From an uncultured Acidobacteriota bacterium (GTDB lineage Bacteria > Acidobacteriota > Terriglobia > Acidiferrales > UBA7541): 64,000 nt of DNA. The notes beneath the pieces are model-generated. The model searched no databases and had not been told where the DNA came from. It worked only from the letters and a program-made list of their open reading frames with translations. The stretch lies in assembly GCA_963841235.1 (NCBI GenBank), contig CAWJBU010000002.1, positions 321,274 to 385,273 of the forward strand, read 5' to 3'. The translations under genes and the position numbers were made by a program. Shown one piece after another: positions 17,589-30,073 of this stretch. The first letter of the stretch is position 1. Every line of letters begins with the position of its first letter.

Positions 17589-18557
17589 TTACACCGCCCG
17601 AGCCACCCGCCCTAAATCTCCCGGCTCGTAAACCGCCGCATGCTTGGCCCCCGTCTTCATCAGATGCTCAATCGTCGCAAGAGGCGCGATCCCAGCCCGC
17701 GCCCCAATCGCCGTGCAAGCCAATCCCGCCGCCGCGCAACTGAATTCCAGCAGCCTCTCGCAAGGCCAACCCTTCACCACTCCATATACGAACGCCGCAT
17801 GAAAAATATCCCCCGCCCCGGTCGTATCAATCGCCCGCACATCAAATGCCCGCGCGTAAAGAAATCGCGCGCCATCCCAGGCGATCACGCCGTCCTTCCC
17901 CAGCGTCGCCCCCGTCAAGCGGCACTTGAACTCCGCATGAATCATGGGCAACGACTTCAAGAGATCGTTCTCTCCCGTCAATCGCGCAGGGAAGTCGCGC
18001 GATCCAATCACAAAATCCATGTGTTCAAGTAACACTTGAACTCCAGAATATCGATTGTCCACATCAACAACCACTGGAATTCCCGCCTCGCGCGCCCACT
18101 GCGCCGCCTGCGTCGCAGCAGCCGTATCGTGCGCATCCACCAAGAGCGCCGATGCCGAAGTAATCCACTCCCGCCGCAACTCCTCAGGCCGAATCTCCAG
18201 GCACGCGTCTCTCTTCCACAAGATCGTCCGCTCTCCGGAAGCCTCGTCCACAAGAATATAAGCCCGCTGGCTCTCGCACCCAGCCACGGGAAACAAATGA
18301 CTCTCCACGTCGTCGCTCTCCAACTCGCGCCGCTGAAATTCCCCAGCCCAATCCTCCCCAATTTTCCCAATGTATCGCGCGCTCAATCCCCAACGCCGGC
18401 AAGCCACCATAGCCGAAGCCACCTGCCCGCCAGCCCGCACGTCATGCGAGATCAATTCCATCTTCGAATCAAATTCCGGGAATCGCGGCAACCGAATGAT
18501 CGTATCGGTAGCATTCAACCCCACGCCAACAACATCCACGCGTCGCACCTCAGTCAT
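17589..18557 (-). CDS. PfkB-family carbohydrate kinase
   Basis: N-terminal 'VVGVGLNATD' and the C-terminal anion-hole/ATP motif 'DTTGAGDIFHAAF'. 322 aa. Confidence 0.88.
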   Translation of the reverse strand: MTEVRRVDVVGVGLNATDTIIRLPRFPEFDSKMELISHDVRAGGQVASAMVACRRWGLSARYIGKIGEDWAGEFQRRELESDDVESHLFPVAGCESQRAYILVDEASGERTILWKRDACLEIRPEELRREWITSASALLVDAHDTAAATQAAQWAREAGIPVVVDVDNRYSGVQVLLEHMDFVIGSRDFPARLTGENDLLKSLPMIHAEFKCRLTGATLGKDGVIAWDGARFLYARAFDVRAIDTTGAGDIFHAAFVYGVVKGWPCERLLEFSCAAAGLACTAIGARAGIAPLATIEHLMKTGAKHAAVYEPGDLGRVARAV

Positions 18558-18639
18558 TCGAGAACCTCAAAACTCGCGCAAATTGAGACCGCCGCCCGTC
18601 CCTCGTGTTGACCCTGTCGCACGCAAAATCCTTGCATTC

Positions 18640-18665
18640 GTAGGGGCGCCGCTTGCTGCGCCCGC
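18640..18665 (+). repeat. REP-like element GTAGGGGCGCCGCTTGCTGCGCCCGC
   Basis: Identical to the copy at 15559-15584. It lies in the 567-bp gap between pfkB and recO. Confidence 0.85.
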
Positions 18666-19124
18666 CGCTGTAAGGCAAACTCCAATCGCAGCCATGCAGC
18701 GCAAAATCACGGCCAACATCTTCCGCTGCCAATTTTCAAGCGATGCTTTCAAATACTCGGCTCAAGCAAAGCGACTACTCTAGCCCACGCGGACCAAATT
18801 TCAATCACCTATAACTAGCCGCCAGCCTCGCGCAATCCTGCGCACCGAAATCTCCGCGCGAGCTCGATAGTCATTTGCGCCCCCGGGTACTCCATGCGTC
18901 GGTGTTGCGCGTGGGGTTCTTGAATTCCTGCGGTTTCGCTTTTGCCTCTTCCGAATCCAGCCTCTAACTTCCTTCCAGCTTCCAGTCTCCAGAATCATTT
19001 GCGCCCCGCTCACGCCTGTGATAAAAATTTTTGTTCCAGTTCACGCGCCGTCTTCACCATAAAGTATCGCGTGAGCTTTTCGCGCCCGTCGAAAACAGAA
19101 TGCCGGTCGGCGCGCCGACAGCTA

Positions 19125-19868
19125 ATGCCACTCCACGAATCCGAGGCCATCATTCTTCAAAGCTATGCACTCGGCGAAGCCGACCGCATCGTGAGTTTCT
19201 TCAGCCGCGGCGCGGGCCGTCTCCGCGGCGTAGCCAAAGGTGCGCGCCGGCCGAAAAGCCGCTTCGGTTCCACTCTCGAACGCCTCAGTCATATTCGCAT
19301 CTGGTATTTCGAACGCGAAACGCGCGACCTCGTCCGCATCAATCAAAGCGAACTCATCGAATCCTTCATGGATGCCTTTCGCGATTACGATGCCGGAGTC
19401 GCCTTCGCTCTCTTCAGCGAAATCTCAGAAATGGTTTTGCCCGAGCGCGAGCCTCTTGATGCTCCGTTCCGTTTGCTTCTTCTAGTCTCCAAAGCCATCA
19501 AGCAATCCATTAAGCCCGCAGTACCTCTAGCATATTTCTGCCTCTGGACGCTAAAGCTAGCGGGCTGGCTTCCATCTCTCGATACTTGCGGCATCTGCGG
19601 CCGCAGCATCATAGAGGAAGCGGGATTCGTTGCTCCATCGCTCGAAGGAATCGCCTGTACGAAATGCAAGCCTGCGGGCGCCCGGATGATGCCGAAGGAA
19701 ACGATTGCCCTCGCGCGCAGAATATTGAGCGAAAAGCTCGATCAATTGATGAAAGAAAAGCTGCCTGGCCTCGCAGTTCACGAGCTCACGTCGCATCTTC
19801 TCGACTGGATCGAATGGCACGGCGAAAAGCGCCTCAAGGCACGCGAACTCTGGGAGCCGACGAATTGA
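19125..19868 (+). CDS. recO: DNA repair protein RecO
   Basis: ATG 19125 gives '[47 protein letters not shown]'. A Cys-rich zinc motif follows ('CGICGR...CTKC'). 247 aa. Confidence 0.92.
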   Translation: MPLHESEAIILQSYALGEADRIVSFFSRGAGRLRGVAKGARRPKSRFGSTLERLSHIRIWYFERETRDLVRINQSELIESFMDAFRDYDAGVAFALFSEISEMVLPEREPLDAPFRLLLLVSKAIKQSIKPAVPLAYFCLWTLKLAGWLPSLDTCGICGRSIIEEAGFVAPSLEGIACTKCKPAGARMMPKETIALARRILSEKLDQLMKEKLPGLAVHELTSHLLDWIEWHGEKRLKARELWEPTN

Positions 19869-20832
19869 CCGCAAAGATCGCGAAGCCGGCGCACAAGGCG
19901 GCAGCAGCAAAGCCGCAAGGTCTCACATTCCAGGATCTCGTCTTCAAGCTAGAAAAATTCTGGACCGATAAAGGTTGCATTCTCCAGCAACCCTACGACG
20001 TCGAAGTCGGCGCCGGCACTATGCACCCGGAAACGTTTCTCCGCGTCCTCGGCCCCGAGCCCTATCGCGTCGTTTACGTTCAACCCAGCCGCCGCCCCGC
20101 CGACGGCCGCTACGGCGAAAATCCCAACCGTCTTTTCAAACATCATCAGCTTCAAGTGATACTTAAACCCACGCCCACCGACATTCAAGATGTCTATCTG
20201 CAAAGTCTTCAAGCCGTCGGAATCAATCTTAAGGAGCACGATGTCCGCTTCGAAGAAGACAACTGGGAATCTCCCACGCTCGGCGCCTGGGGAATCGGAT
20301 GGCAAGTATTACTTGATGGTCTGGAAATCACGCAATTCACCTACTTCCAGCAAACCGGCGGCTTCGATCTTCAGCCAGTTTCGGTAGAACTCACCTACGG
20401 CCTCGATCGCATCGCCGCCTACCTTCAAGGAGTGGACAACGTCTTCGACGTGCGCTGGTCGCGCGATCTGAGTTATCGCCAGGTCCGCTTCCCGGAAGAG
20501 CAGCAATTCAGCGCCTACAATTTCGAATGGGCCGATCCCGTCGCCACGCGCAAGATGTTCGATATTTCTGAAGCCGAAGTGCAGCGTCTCGTGAAATCGT
20601 ATGCCGCGCTCAAGTCCGAAACGACAAGCGCCGCTTTCCCATCCTCGCCGCCTACGATCTTTGCCTCAAGTGCTCGCACCTCTTTAATGTCCTCGATGCA
20701 CGAGGCGCCATTTCCACTACCGAACGCGCCGCGCTGATCGGCCGCGTCCGCCAATTGACCTGCCGCGTAGCCGCGGGCTGGCTCGAACAACGCCATCTCG
20801 AAGCCGCCGCACAATCCGGAGCCGCACAATGA
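19865..20832 (+). pseudogene. glyQ: Glycine--tRNA ligase alpha subunit, one frameshift near 20618
   Basis: '[38 protein letters not shown]...' runs in frame 2 up to '...SYAALKS'. The conserved C-terminus '[44 protein letters not shown]' continues in frame 1 and ends at TGA 20830-20832, overlapping the glyS ATG. The TTG start overlaps the recO stop. Confidence 0.9.
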
Positions 20833-22971
20833 GCGGCCGCGCCGAATTCCTGCTCGAAATTGGATGCGAAGAAATTCCCGCGGGCATGATCGCCAAAGCC
20901 GCTCACGATCTTAAACAAATACTTGAGACGCAATTCGCGTCGCATCGCATCGCGCAAAAGGGAAGCGTAGAAACTTTCGGCGCCCCGCGCCGCCTCGTAG
21001 CAATCGCGAGCGGAATAATCCTTAAGCAAGACGACATCGCCCAGGAAATTCTCGGCCCGCCCAAATCCGTCGCCTACGACGCTGTCGGCCAGCCGACCCG
21101 CGCCGCGCAAAGCTTCGCCGAGAAGCAGGGAATTCCTCTAGATAAACTTTCAATCGTCGCCACGCCGAAAGGCGATTATCTCGCGGTCAAAAAAGTAATC
21201 ACCGGTCGCTTCGCGAAAGACCTTCTCGCCGAAATTATTCCTCAAGCGATACGTGAGCTTTCCTTTCCGCGCTCCATGTACTGGACCAGCGCCAGCGAGC
21301 TCCGCTTCATCCGCCCCATCCGCTGGATCGTCGCATTGCTCGACGGCAAGGTCGTGCCGTTCACGCTAGCCGGAGTCGAATCCGGCAACGCAACGTCGGG
21401 CCATCGCTTCCTCGGAAAGTCGCAGATCACGGTCACTGACTCTCATAACTTCGTGGATCGTCTGCGCCGCAATTTCGTTCTCGCACAACCTGAAGAACGC
21501 CACAAAAAGATCGAGAAAGAAATTCAAGTAATACTTTCGAAGAAGGGAATCCGTCTCCACGCCGACGCCGAGCTAACGGAACTGGTCACCTATCTCAACG
21601 AATACCCGACCGCCATCCTCGGCGACTTCGATCCCTCCTTTCTAAGTTTGCCCGAAGAGATTCTCCTCACCGTAATGCGCGATCATCAGAAATATTTCGG
21701 CGTCACGGACAAACACGGCGCCCTAGCGCCTCACTTCATCGCCATCATCAACCTCGATAAAGACCGCAAAGGCCTCGTCCGCGCCGGCCACGAGCGCGTC
21801 CTTCGTGCCCGTTTCTCCGATGCCCGCTTCTTCTGGGAAATGGACCAGAAGCAAAAACTCGGCGAGCACCTCCCCAAGCTCAAGCAAGTCACCTACGAAT
21901 CCCGCCTCGGCAGCTACTACGACAAAGTAGAGCGCATGCGCGCCCTGGCCCGCTGGCTCGCGAACACGTGGAGCCAGGGCGGCGTTCTCGGCGCCCATGC
22001 TGATGACGCCGATCGCGCCGCGGAACTCGCCAAGTGCGATCTGGTCACAGACATGGTTCGCGAATTCACCGAACTGCAGGGAATCGTCGGCGGCCTCTAC
22101 GCTCGCGCCCAGGGCGAGCCGGAAGACGTCGCCGAGGGCATCTACGATCACTATCGCCCCGTGGGCCTCGACGATCCGATTCCGCGCAATCTCACCGGCT
22201 GCGCCGTAGCGCTCGCCGACAAACTAGATTCAATCGTCGGCTGCTTCGCCGTAGGCGCCATTCCTTCAGGTTCAAGTGATCCTTTCGCTCTTCGCCGCGC
22301 CGCATTGGGCATCGTAAAAATCCTCCTCGAGCGCAAGCTCCCGCTTTCGCTTTCCTCGGCGATCTCGACAGCAGCCAATTCTCTGCGCCAGATCGGCCCC
22401 AAAGATCGAAGTAAAGCCCGAAGCCGAAGCTCAAGTCCTCGAATTTATGCTCGAACGCGCCCGTTACATCCTCCGCGAGCGCTACGGCTACGCCTACGAC
22501 GAAGTAAACGCCGCGCTGGCAGCTGGCGGCGATGACCTAGTAGACGCCATCGCCCGCGTCGCCGCCATCAAAGCCATCCGCAAAGCCAAAGATTTTGTTC
22601 CACTAGCCGCGGCCTTCAAACGCATTCGCAACATCCTCGAGAAATCCGCCGGCGGCGCCGCCAAAGCAGGCGCCAGAAATTCTGCAGTGCAACCTGAACT
22701 CTTCCGCGAAAATGCCGAAAGGGAATTGCACGAAGCCGCGCAACGAATCGGCGAAAAAGCGCACGCGCTAAAGAGCCACGCGAAGTATCGAGAAGCACTT
22801 GAAGTCATCGCTGGCCTTCGCCCGGCAGTCGACAAATTCTTCGACCAGGTCCTAGTGATGGCACCCGAAGAAGACGTAAAGAAAAATCGCCTCGCCCTCC
22901 TCTCCAGTTTGTTAAAGGAATTCTCGACAATCGCAGATTTCTCCGAGATCGTCGCCGAGGAACAGAATTGA
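20829..22971 (+). pseudogene. glyS: Glycine--tRNA ligase beta subunit, one frameshift at 22398-22403
   Basis: Frame 3 runs from 'AEFLLEIGCEEIPAGM' up to '...ANSLRQIGP'. Frame 1 continues 'KIEVKPEAEAQVLEFMLERARYILRERYGYAYDEVNA...'. The junction is 'ggccccaaagatc'. Removing one base gives 714 codons. Confidence 0.9.
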
Positions 22972-23116
22972 AAGTGAGACCTGAAGTCATTCGAGGTCTC
23001 CGGTACAATGAGGCGCGCCGGGAATTTGACGCCCGCGCTTCCACTCAAGCTTTGCTTGAACTTTGCCGACGAACAATTTGTCGGAATGCCGACAACTGCA
23101 GCGTTACTTGATGTTC

Positions 23117-23144
23117 GTAGCGCCGGCTGCCAGCCGGCGTTTTT
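23117..23144 (+). terminator. REP-type hairpin plus T5, likely an intrinsic terminator downstream of glyS
   Basis: GTAG head, perfect stem CGCCGGCTG / CAGCCGGCG (23121-23139), then TTTTT (23140-23144). Confidence 0.75.
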
Positions 23145-23204
23145 GGCACCGCTAACCTCGACGTCCGCAATCTTAAAGTATGTCCTTCAATTGGGAGGTG
23201 CAGT

Positions 23205-25944
<2,740 letters not shown>

Positions 25945-25950
25945 GGCTCG

Positions 25951-26577
25951 ATGCCGGCAAAGCCTCTCATCATCGGCATCTGCGGCGGCACCGGCGCCGG
26001 CAAAACCACCATCACCCGCCGCATCATCGAAGCCCTATCCGAATCAAACGTCTCCGTCCTCGAGCAGGACCACTACTACAAAGACACGCCGCATCTCCCG
26101 CTCGCCGAACGCGTCAAGCAGAACTTCGATCATCCCGATTCGATGGACACGCCGCTCCTCATCGAACACATTAAGTTGCTCCGCGCCGGCCACGCGATCG
26201 ATCGTCCCACCTACGATTTCACCGACTACCGCCGCGTTCCGCAGGTAGTGCGTCTCGAGCCGCGCCCTGCGACGATCATCGAAGGCATTCTGATCTTCGA
26301 CAGCAAGCCGCTGCGCGAGCTGATGGACATCAAAATCTTCGTTGATACCGACGCCGACCTGCGCTTCATCCGCCGCCTCGTCCGCGACATCGAGGAGCGC
26401 GGCCGCACCGTCGAATCCGTGATCCAGCAATACCGCACCACAGTCCGCCCCATGCACATGGAATTCGTAGAACCCAGCAAGCGTTACGCCGACATAATCA
26501 TCCCCGAAGGCGGCCAAAACGAGGTAGGCATCGACCTCGTAATCCAAAAAGTCCGCTCGCTAATCCCAAACAAGTAG
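25951..26577 (+). CDS. udk: Uridine kinase
   Basis: P-loop 'IGICGGTGAGKTT', 'DHYYKD', 'FDHPDS'. 208 aa. Confidence 0.92.
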   Translation: MPAKPLIIGICGGTGAGKTTITRRIIEALSESNVSVLEQDHYYKDTPHLPLAERVKQNFDHPDSMDTPLLIEHIKLLRAGHAIDRPTYDFTDYRRVPQVVRLEPRPATIIEGILIFDSKPLRELMDIKIFVDTDADLRFIRRLVRDIEERGRTVESVIQQYRTTVRPMHMEFVEPSKRYADIIIPEGGQNEVGIDLVIQKVRSLIPNK

Positions 26578-26603
26578 CGCCACCGTCCCCGGTGGCGGTT
26601 TTG
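26578..26603 (+). terminator. Intrinsic terminator of udk
   Basis: Perfect 8-bp stem CGCCACCG/CGGTGGCG with loop TCCC, starting one nt after the TAG stop and followed by 'gttttgactttt'. Confidence 0.8.
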
Positions 26604-26620
26604 ACTTTTCCGTCTGTTCT

Positions 26621-26863
26621 GGTGGCAGCCCCCGCATTCATGCGGGGGAAGGAGCGCTTGAGCGCTCCGGAAACGCGTCGCCGCTGAAGTTTCGCTTTAG
26701 CGCTGGTCCGTTCTCTACAATCGCGGAACTCCCGCATTCACGCCCCAAGCGCATTTGAATTTCGGTGGCAGCCTCCGTCCGCCAAAAATATGGCGGACGG
26801 GAGAAGAAGCGCTTAAGCGCTCCGGGAAAAAGCCCAACCCGACAATATGCGCTTTAGCGCCGG
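26621..26863 (+). repeat. Two tandem composite hairpin units (26621-26706 and 26764-26863)
   Basis: Both units share the flanks 'GGTGGCAGCC', 'A(A/G)GAGCGCTT(G/A)AGCGCTCCGG' and 'GCGCTTTAGCGC(T/C)GG'. The first hairpin is a different sequence in each unit: CCCCCGCA-TTCA-TGCGGGGG in unit 1 and CTCCGTCCGCC-AAAAATAT-GGCGGACGGGAG in unit 2. Confidence 0.7.
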
Positions 26864-27016
26864 GCAATCCGCCTCACCACCAATCTTAAGAATTACTTGA
26901 TATTTCCCCAACACGAAATGAATGCCACCAAGCGCGCATCGACGTCCGCACCGGAACACATCCAACTACTTCAACCGATGCTTTAAGAAACAGATCCTCC
27001 TCAATGCTCCTCCGTT

Positions 27017-27043
27017 GTAGCGGAGGGCCGAATTAGCCCTCCC
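27017..27043 (+). repeat. REP-like hairpin GTAGCGGAGGGC-CGAATTA-GCCCTCC
   Basis: GTAG head with stem GGAGGGC/GCCCTCC, followed by a second small hairpin CGGGG-TTCGG-CCCCG (27042-27056). It lies at the left edge of the AT-richer islet. Confidence 0.7.
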
Positions 27044-27342
27044 GGGGTTCGGCCCCGCCTTTCGTCCCCGCGCCGTAATCCGGAACTGGTGGGCAGCACA
27101 CTCTTCCTCGGGAGGTTAGACCGGCCGAACGCGAGGGCCGAAAACTGGCCCGAAATCTCCTCCCTTCGTACACACTGGGAAGAGTGGGGCCCACGTACGA
27201 TCTACGGCAACACCGGGACTCCCGCGGTAACGTCGAGAATGTTGTCGTGGCTCGCGGCGGTCGAAACGATGCGGACCGAGAATGCGCAGAGCTGTAGGGT
27301 GGGATACCCGCGGGGAACTCCGTAGTAGACTGGTGGCCCAGA

Positions 27343-28221
27343 ATGAAGGTCCCCGAGTATATAACCGAGTGCGTTTGCTTTCTCTGTGTTCGTCCAAAAG
27401 ATCGTTATCTATTCAGCGGCACCGGATTCTTTATGTCTGTCTCCGCACATGAGAGCCCAGATCTGAGTTTTGTATACCTGATCACGGCCAAACACTGTGT
27501 TGAAGCGGCGCAACGCGAGGGCCAGGACTTACATATACGCGTTAATTTGAAAGCCGGTGGGTCGGAGTATCTCCGAATTCGCGGTGATTGGATTCTAAGC
27601 GACACCTCGGACGTAGGTGTCATTCCGATTCTCGAACTTCCGGACGGCAGCGAGGTCAGGACCATCGGCGATCAGATGGCTGTGACCGATGAAACTATAC
27701 GAGACAAGAATATTGGAATCGGCGATGAACTTTTAGTGGTAGGACTGTTCACTCGCCATTCGGGCAAGCAAAGAAACTTGCCTATCTTGCGAGGAGGAAT
27801 GATTTCTGCGATGCCTAGCGAGCCGCTTTCTGGGCAAGATGGTGTCCCCTACTACGGATATCTAGCAGAGTTGCGTTCGATTGGCGGACTGAGTGGCTCG
27901 CCTGTATTCGTCGTTAAGGAGAATGTGGCGGTGCCTGTCGCGTCCACCCCGAACCTTGGAATACCTCTACGTAAAACGCAGACGGAATTCCACTTTTTGG
28001 GCCTGGTAAGGGGCCACTGGGATGAAACAGATTCCCAATTGGGCGATCTCGATATGCCCGGAGGAGAAAAAGCAGTCAACATGGGGATTGCTATAATTAC
28101 GCCAAGTCAGGATTGCCTTGCGATCCTGGCTGGAGAGGAACTAACGAAGCAGAGGCGAAGAATGGCGAAGGAGTGGATCCTCAAAAAAGTTGCTCCTGGG
28201 GATGGCCCGCCGCCAGGCTGA
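27343..28221 (+). CDS. Trypsin-fold (S1 family) serine peptidase, no signal peptide
   Basis: The catalytic triad can be placed as His51 in 'LITAKHC', Asp90 in 'SDVGVIPI' and Ser184 in 'GGLSGSPVFV'. There is no N-terminal hydrophobic signal. Hand-counted G+C of 27343-27442 is 45 %. Confidence 0.75.
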   Translation: MKVPEYITECVCFLCVRPKDRYLFSGTGFFMSVSAHESPDLSFVYLITAKHCVEAAQREGQDLHIRVNLKAGGSEYLRIRGDWILSDTSDVGVIPILELPDGSEVRTIGDQMAVTDETIRDKNIGIGDELLVVGLFTRHSGKQRNLPILRGGMISAMPSEPLSGQDGVPYYGYLAELRSIGGLSGSPVFVVKENVAVPVASTPNLGIPLRKTQTEFHFLGLVRGHWDETDSQLGDLDMPGGEKAVNMGIAIITPSQDCLAILAGEELTKQRRRMAKEWILKKVAPGDGPPPG

Positions 28222-28471
28222 GCGACCTTCGCATTGAGCACTGCTCTCGCATATCTCTTTAGATACCACCCAGGCGGGTGACCCGTCCTTCTCACTTCAC
28301 GGAATTTCCCCAAAGACAAAATCAAATGCTCGGCCTAAAAGCTCCGCCCTCGATAAACCCGAGGATGGGGCACACACCCCAACAGCAACGTCAAGATCTG
28401 TACGGCTACGTCAGGACAGTCTGCGCTGTCATCCCTTCACGAGCCGCCAAAGTTTCAAGTCGCGAATGCAC

Positions 28472-28481
28472 GGGGGGGGGG
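28472..28481. repeat. Homopolymeric G10 tract
   Basis: 'gcacggggggggggtaaaa'. Ten consecutive G in the convergent intergenic gap between 27343-28221 and 28535-29335. Confidence 0.95.
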
Positions 28482-28534
28482 TAAAATTCTTGACCACCCG
28501 TTCGTTTTCTTTTATTGAATGCAACTGCGTAAGC

Positions 28535-29335
28535 CTAACTTCGGGGCGATGTAAACCGAGCGTAAGGATTGATCATTCTTAATGACATCGAATCATCAGT
28601 AAGCATGATTTGAAACCAGAACTCCTCAACGCCCATGACGTTGTGCTCGTCTTCAAAAACCAGTCGCACCTGCACATCAAACTCCTCGCCGATCAATTCC
28701 TTTTTAAACGCAGTCTCGCGGTAATCAGCCGCGATTGGTTCTCTGCGATCTTCAATTAGGCCAATACTGTGCGCCGACATCCGTACTGCGATTAGTAAAT
28801 CGTGAGAGTCTTCGGGCCATATGTCAGCCGAATCGATCTTTCGGTCAAACCAAGTTCCGTAGGCAACCTCTTCAGAGCACTCGATCTTGTCACCCGCGTA
28901 AAACTTCATTCGGGCTTTGACGTTTAATGCAGCTTGAATCTGATCTCCTCGAGGAGCGATGTGATTGTAGATGATTGCGACGGCGCCCATCATTCCGCTA
29001 CCTGGAACCTCGATAAAAACTCCGCCATCCTCATCGAGCCGCGTGGTCGTGCACACTTTGACTCGCGAACAAACGATATTTGGAGGTTTCTTCGTTTCTT
29101 TCTTGGGCGGCAGCGCTGGAATAGGCGGAGACAATACGGGCACGGCTGGCGCATGTATGTTTATGGTGGGGGAGAAGTTTTGTGAGTTACTCTGCGACAC
29201 AGTCGGGGAGACGCCGGCACTATGCGCTGACTTACCCGTCCAGCGCCGCCAAATATATCCAATAAAGCCCACTATAATCACCGTTCCAAAGCCGCCAAAA
29301 AGCAAGTCGTAATGTTGCGTGACCCACGACACCAT
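28535..29335 (-). CDS. Hypothetical single-pass membrane protein
   Basis: N-terminal TM segment 'LLFGGFGTVIIVGFIGYIW', a Ser/Pro/Lys-rich linker ('PPIPALPPKKETKKPPN'), then a C-terminal region of about 190 aa with no motif I recognise. Hand-counted G+C of 28561-28680 is 43 %. Confidence 0.6.
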   Translation of the reverse strand: MVSWVTQHYDLLFGGFGTVIIVGFIGYIWRRWTGKSAHSAGVSPTVSQSNSQNFSPTINIHAPAVPVLSPPIPALPPKKETKKPPNIVCSRVKVCTTTRLDEDGGVFIEVPGSGMMGAVAIIYNHIAPRGDQIQAALNVKARMKFYAGDKIECSEEVAYGTWFDRKIDSADIWPEDSHDLLIAVRMSAHSIGLIEDRREPIAADYRETAFKKELIGEEFDVQVRLVFEDEHNVMGVEEFWFQIMLTDDSMSLRMINPYARFTSPRS

Positions 29336-29380
29336 ACCGGTAATTGTAGCACCGGAAAATCGTCTACCTGTTGCGGTAGG

Positions 29381-29407
29381 TAGACAGATTAGACGAATTA
29401 GACAGAT
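29381..29407. repeat. Three tandem 9-mers TAGACAGAT / TAGACGAAT / TAGACAGAT, overlapping an 8-bp-stem hairpin (29362-29385)
   Basis: Read directly. The hairpin is GTCTACCT-gttgcggt-AGGTAGAC. The repeats lie 46-72 nt upstream of the start codon (29335) of the minus-strand membrane-protein gene. Confidence 0.85.
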
Positions 29408-30073
29408 TGGATTTTCGAAGGCGGGACGGGTGGCCCAGCCTTTCCGGCGCCTTAAGATTGTGAGGGTGGCCCATCCTTCCCGAAGTTTGGGAAGGGTGGG
29501 GATTTCGGCCCCGAATTGCTGGCTTCTCCCTGCAGTTTCCTGTTGACTTATCCGTTAATCCATGCCACACTACGCCCGCTCTGCTATTGAGCCGGTGACA
29601 AAATTTGGCACTCCTCGTAGAGCGCCACACGAAAGGAGCCGACAACGAATCGCGCTGCAATCCGCGCTTCCAGCCTCCGACATCAAGCCTCCAGGATCCA
29701 AAAAGGCGAAGAAAAAGCTAATCGGGACACCCTGCGATTAGAATCGCTCGCAACTCCATGAAAATAAAACACGGACACCAATTCTAATCGGGACAAAACG
29801 GGGTATTTGCACGCGCAAAAATCAGCCAAAAACGAGGCGCGCCGCCGCCGAAGAGCACGTCCTCCAAAAATCCAATCCGAGCCAACCGCAGCCGCCGGCC
29901 ACCGGTGCTTGTCATTGCCTCCTTGAAACCTCCAACGATCAAGCTCCTGCGTCCGCCGTTTTTTGTTTCGGTTAGATGGTTGGCCAAAGCGAATGAAAAT
30001 CGAACCGGAATGTAGCTCATTCGCCGAGGCGGATGAGGCCTTTCGGTTTTGATTTGAAGTTAAGGCCAAAGCC

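Noticed and set aside
27097-28221. A retron-like or other reverse-transcriptase-associated ncRNA upstream of the protease.
   Set aside because: No reverse transcriptase or other nucleic-acid enzyme is encoded nearby. The pairing pattern alone is not diagnostic.
29364-30069. ORFs 29364-29660 and 29683-30069 (minus strand) in the right part of the islet.
   Set aside because: Their translations are dominated by repeat-derived sequence and Arg/Ser-rich low complexity. They have no start context and overlap the 9-mer array and other repeat fragments. I treated the region as non-coding or decayed.
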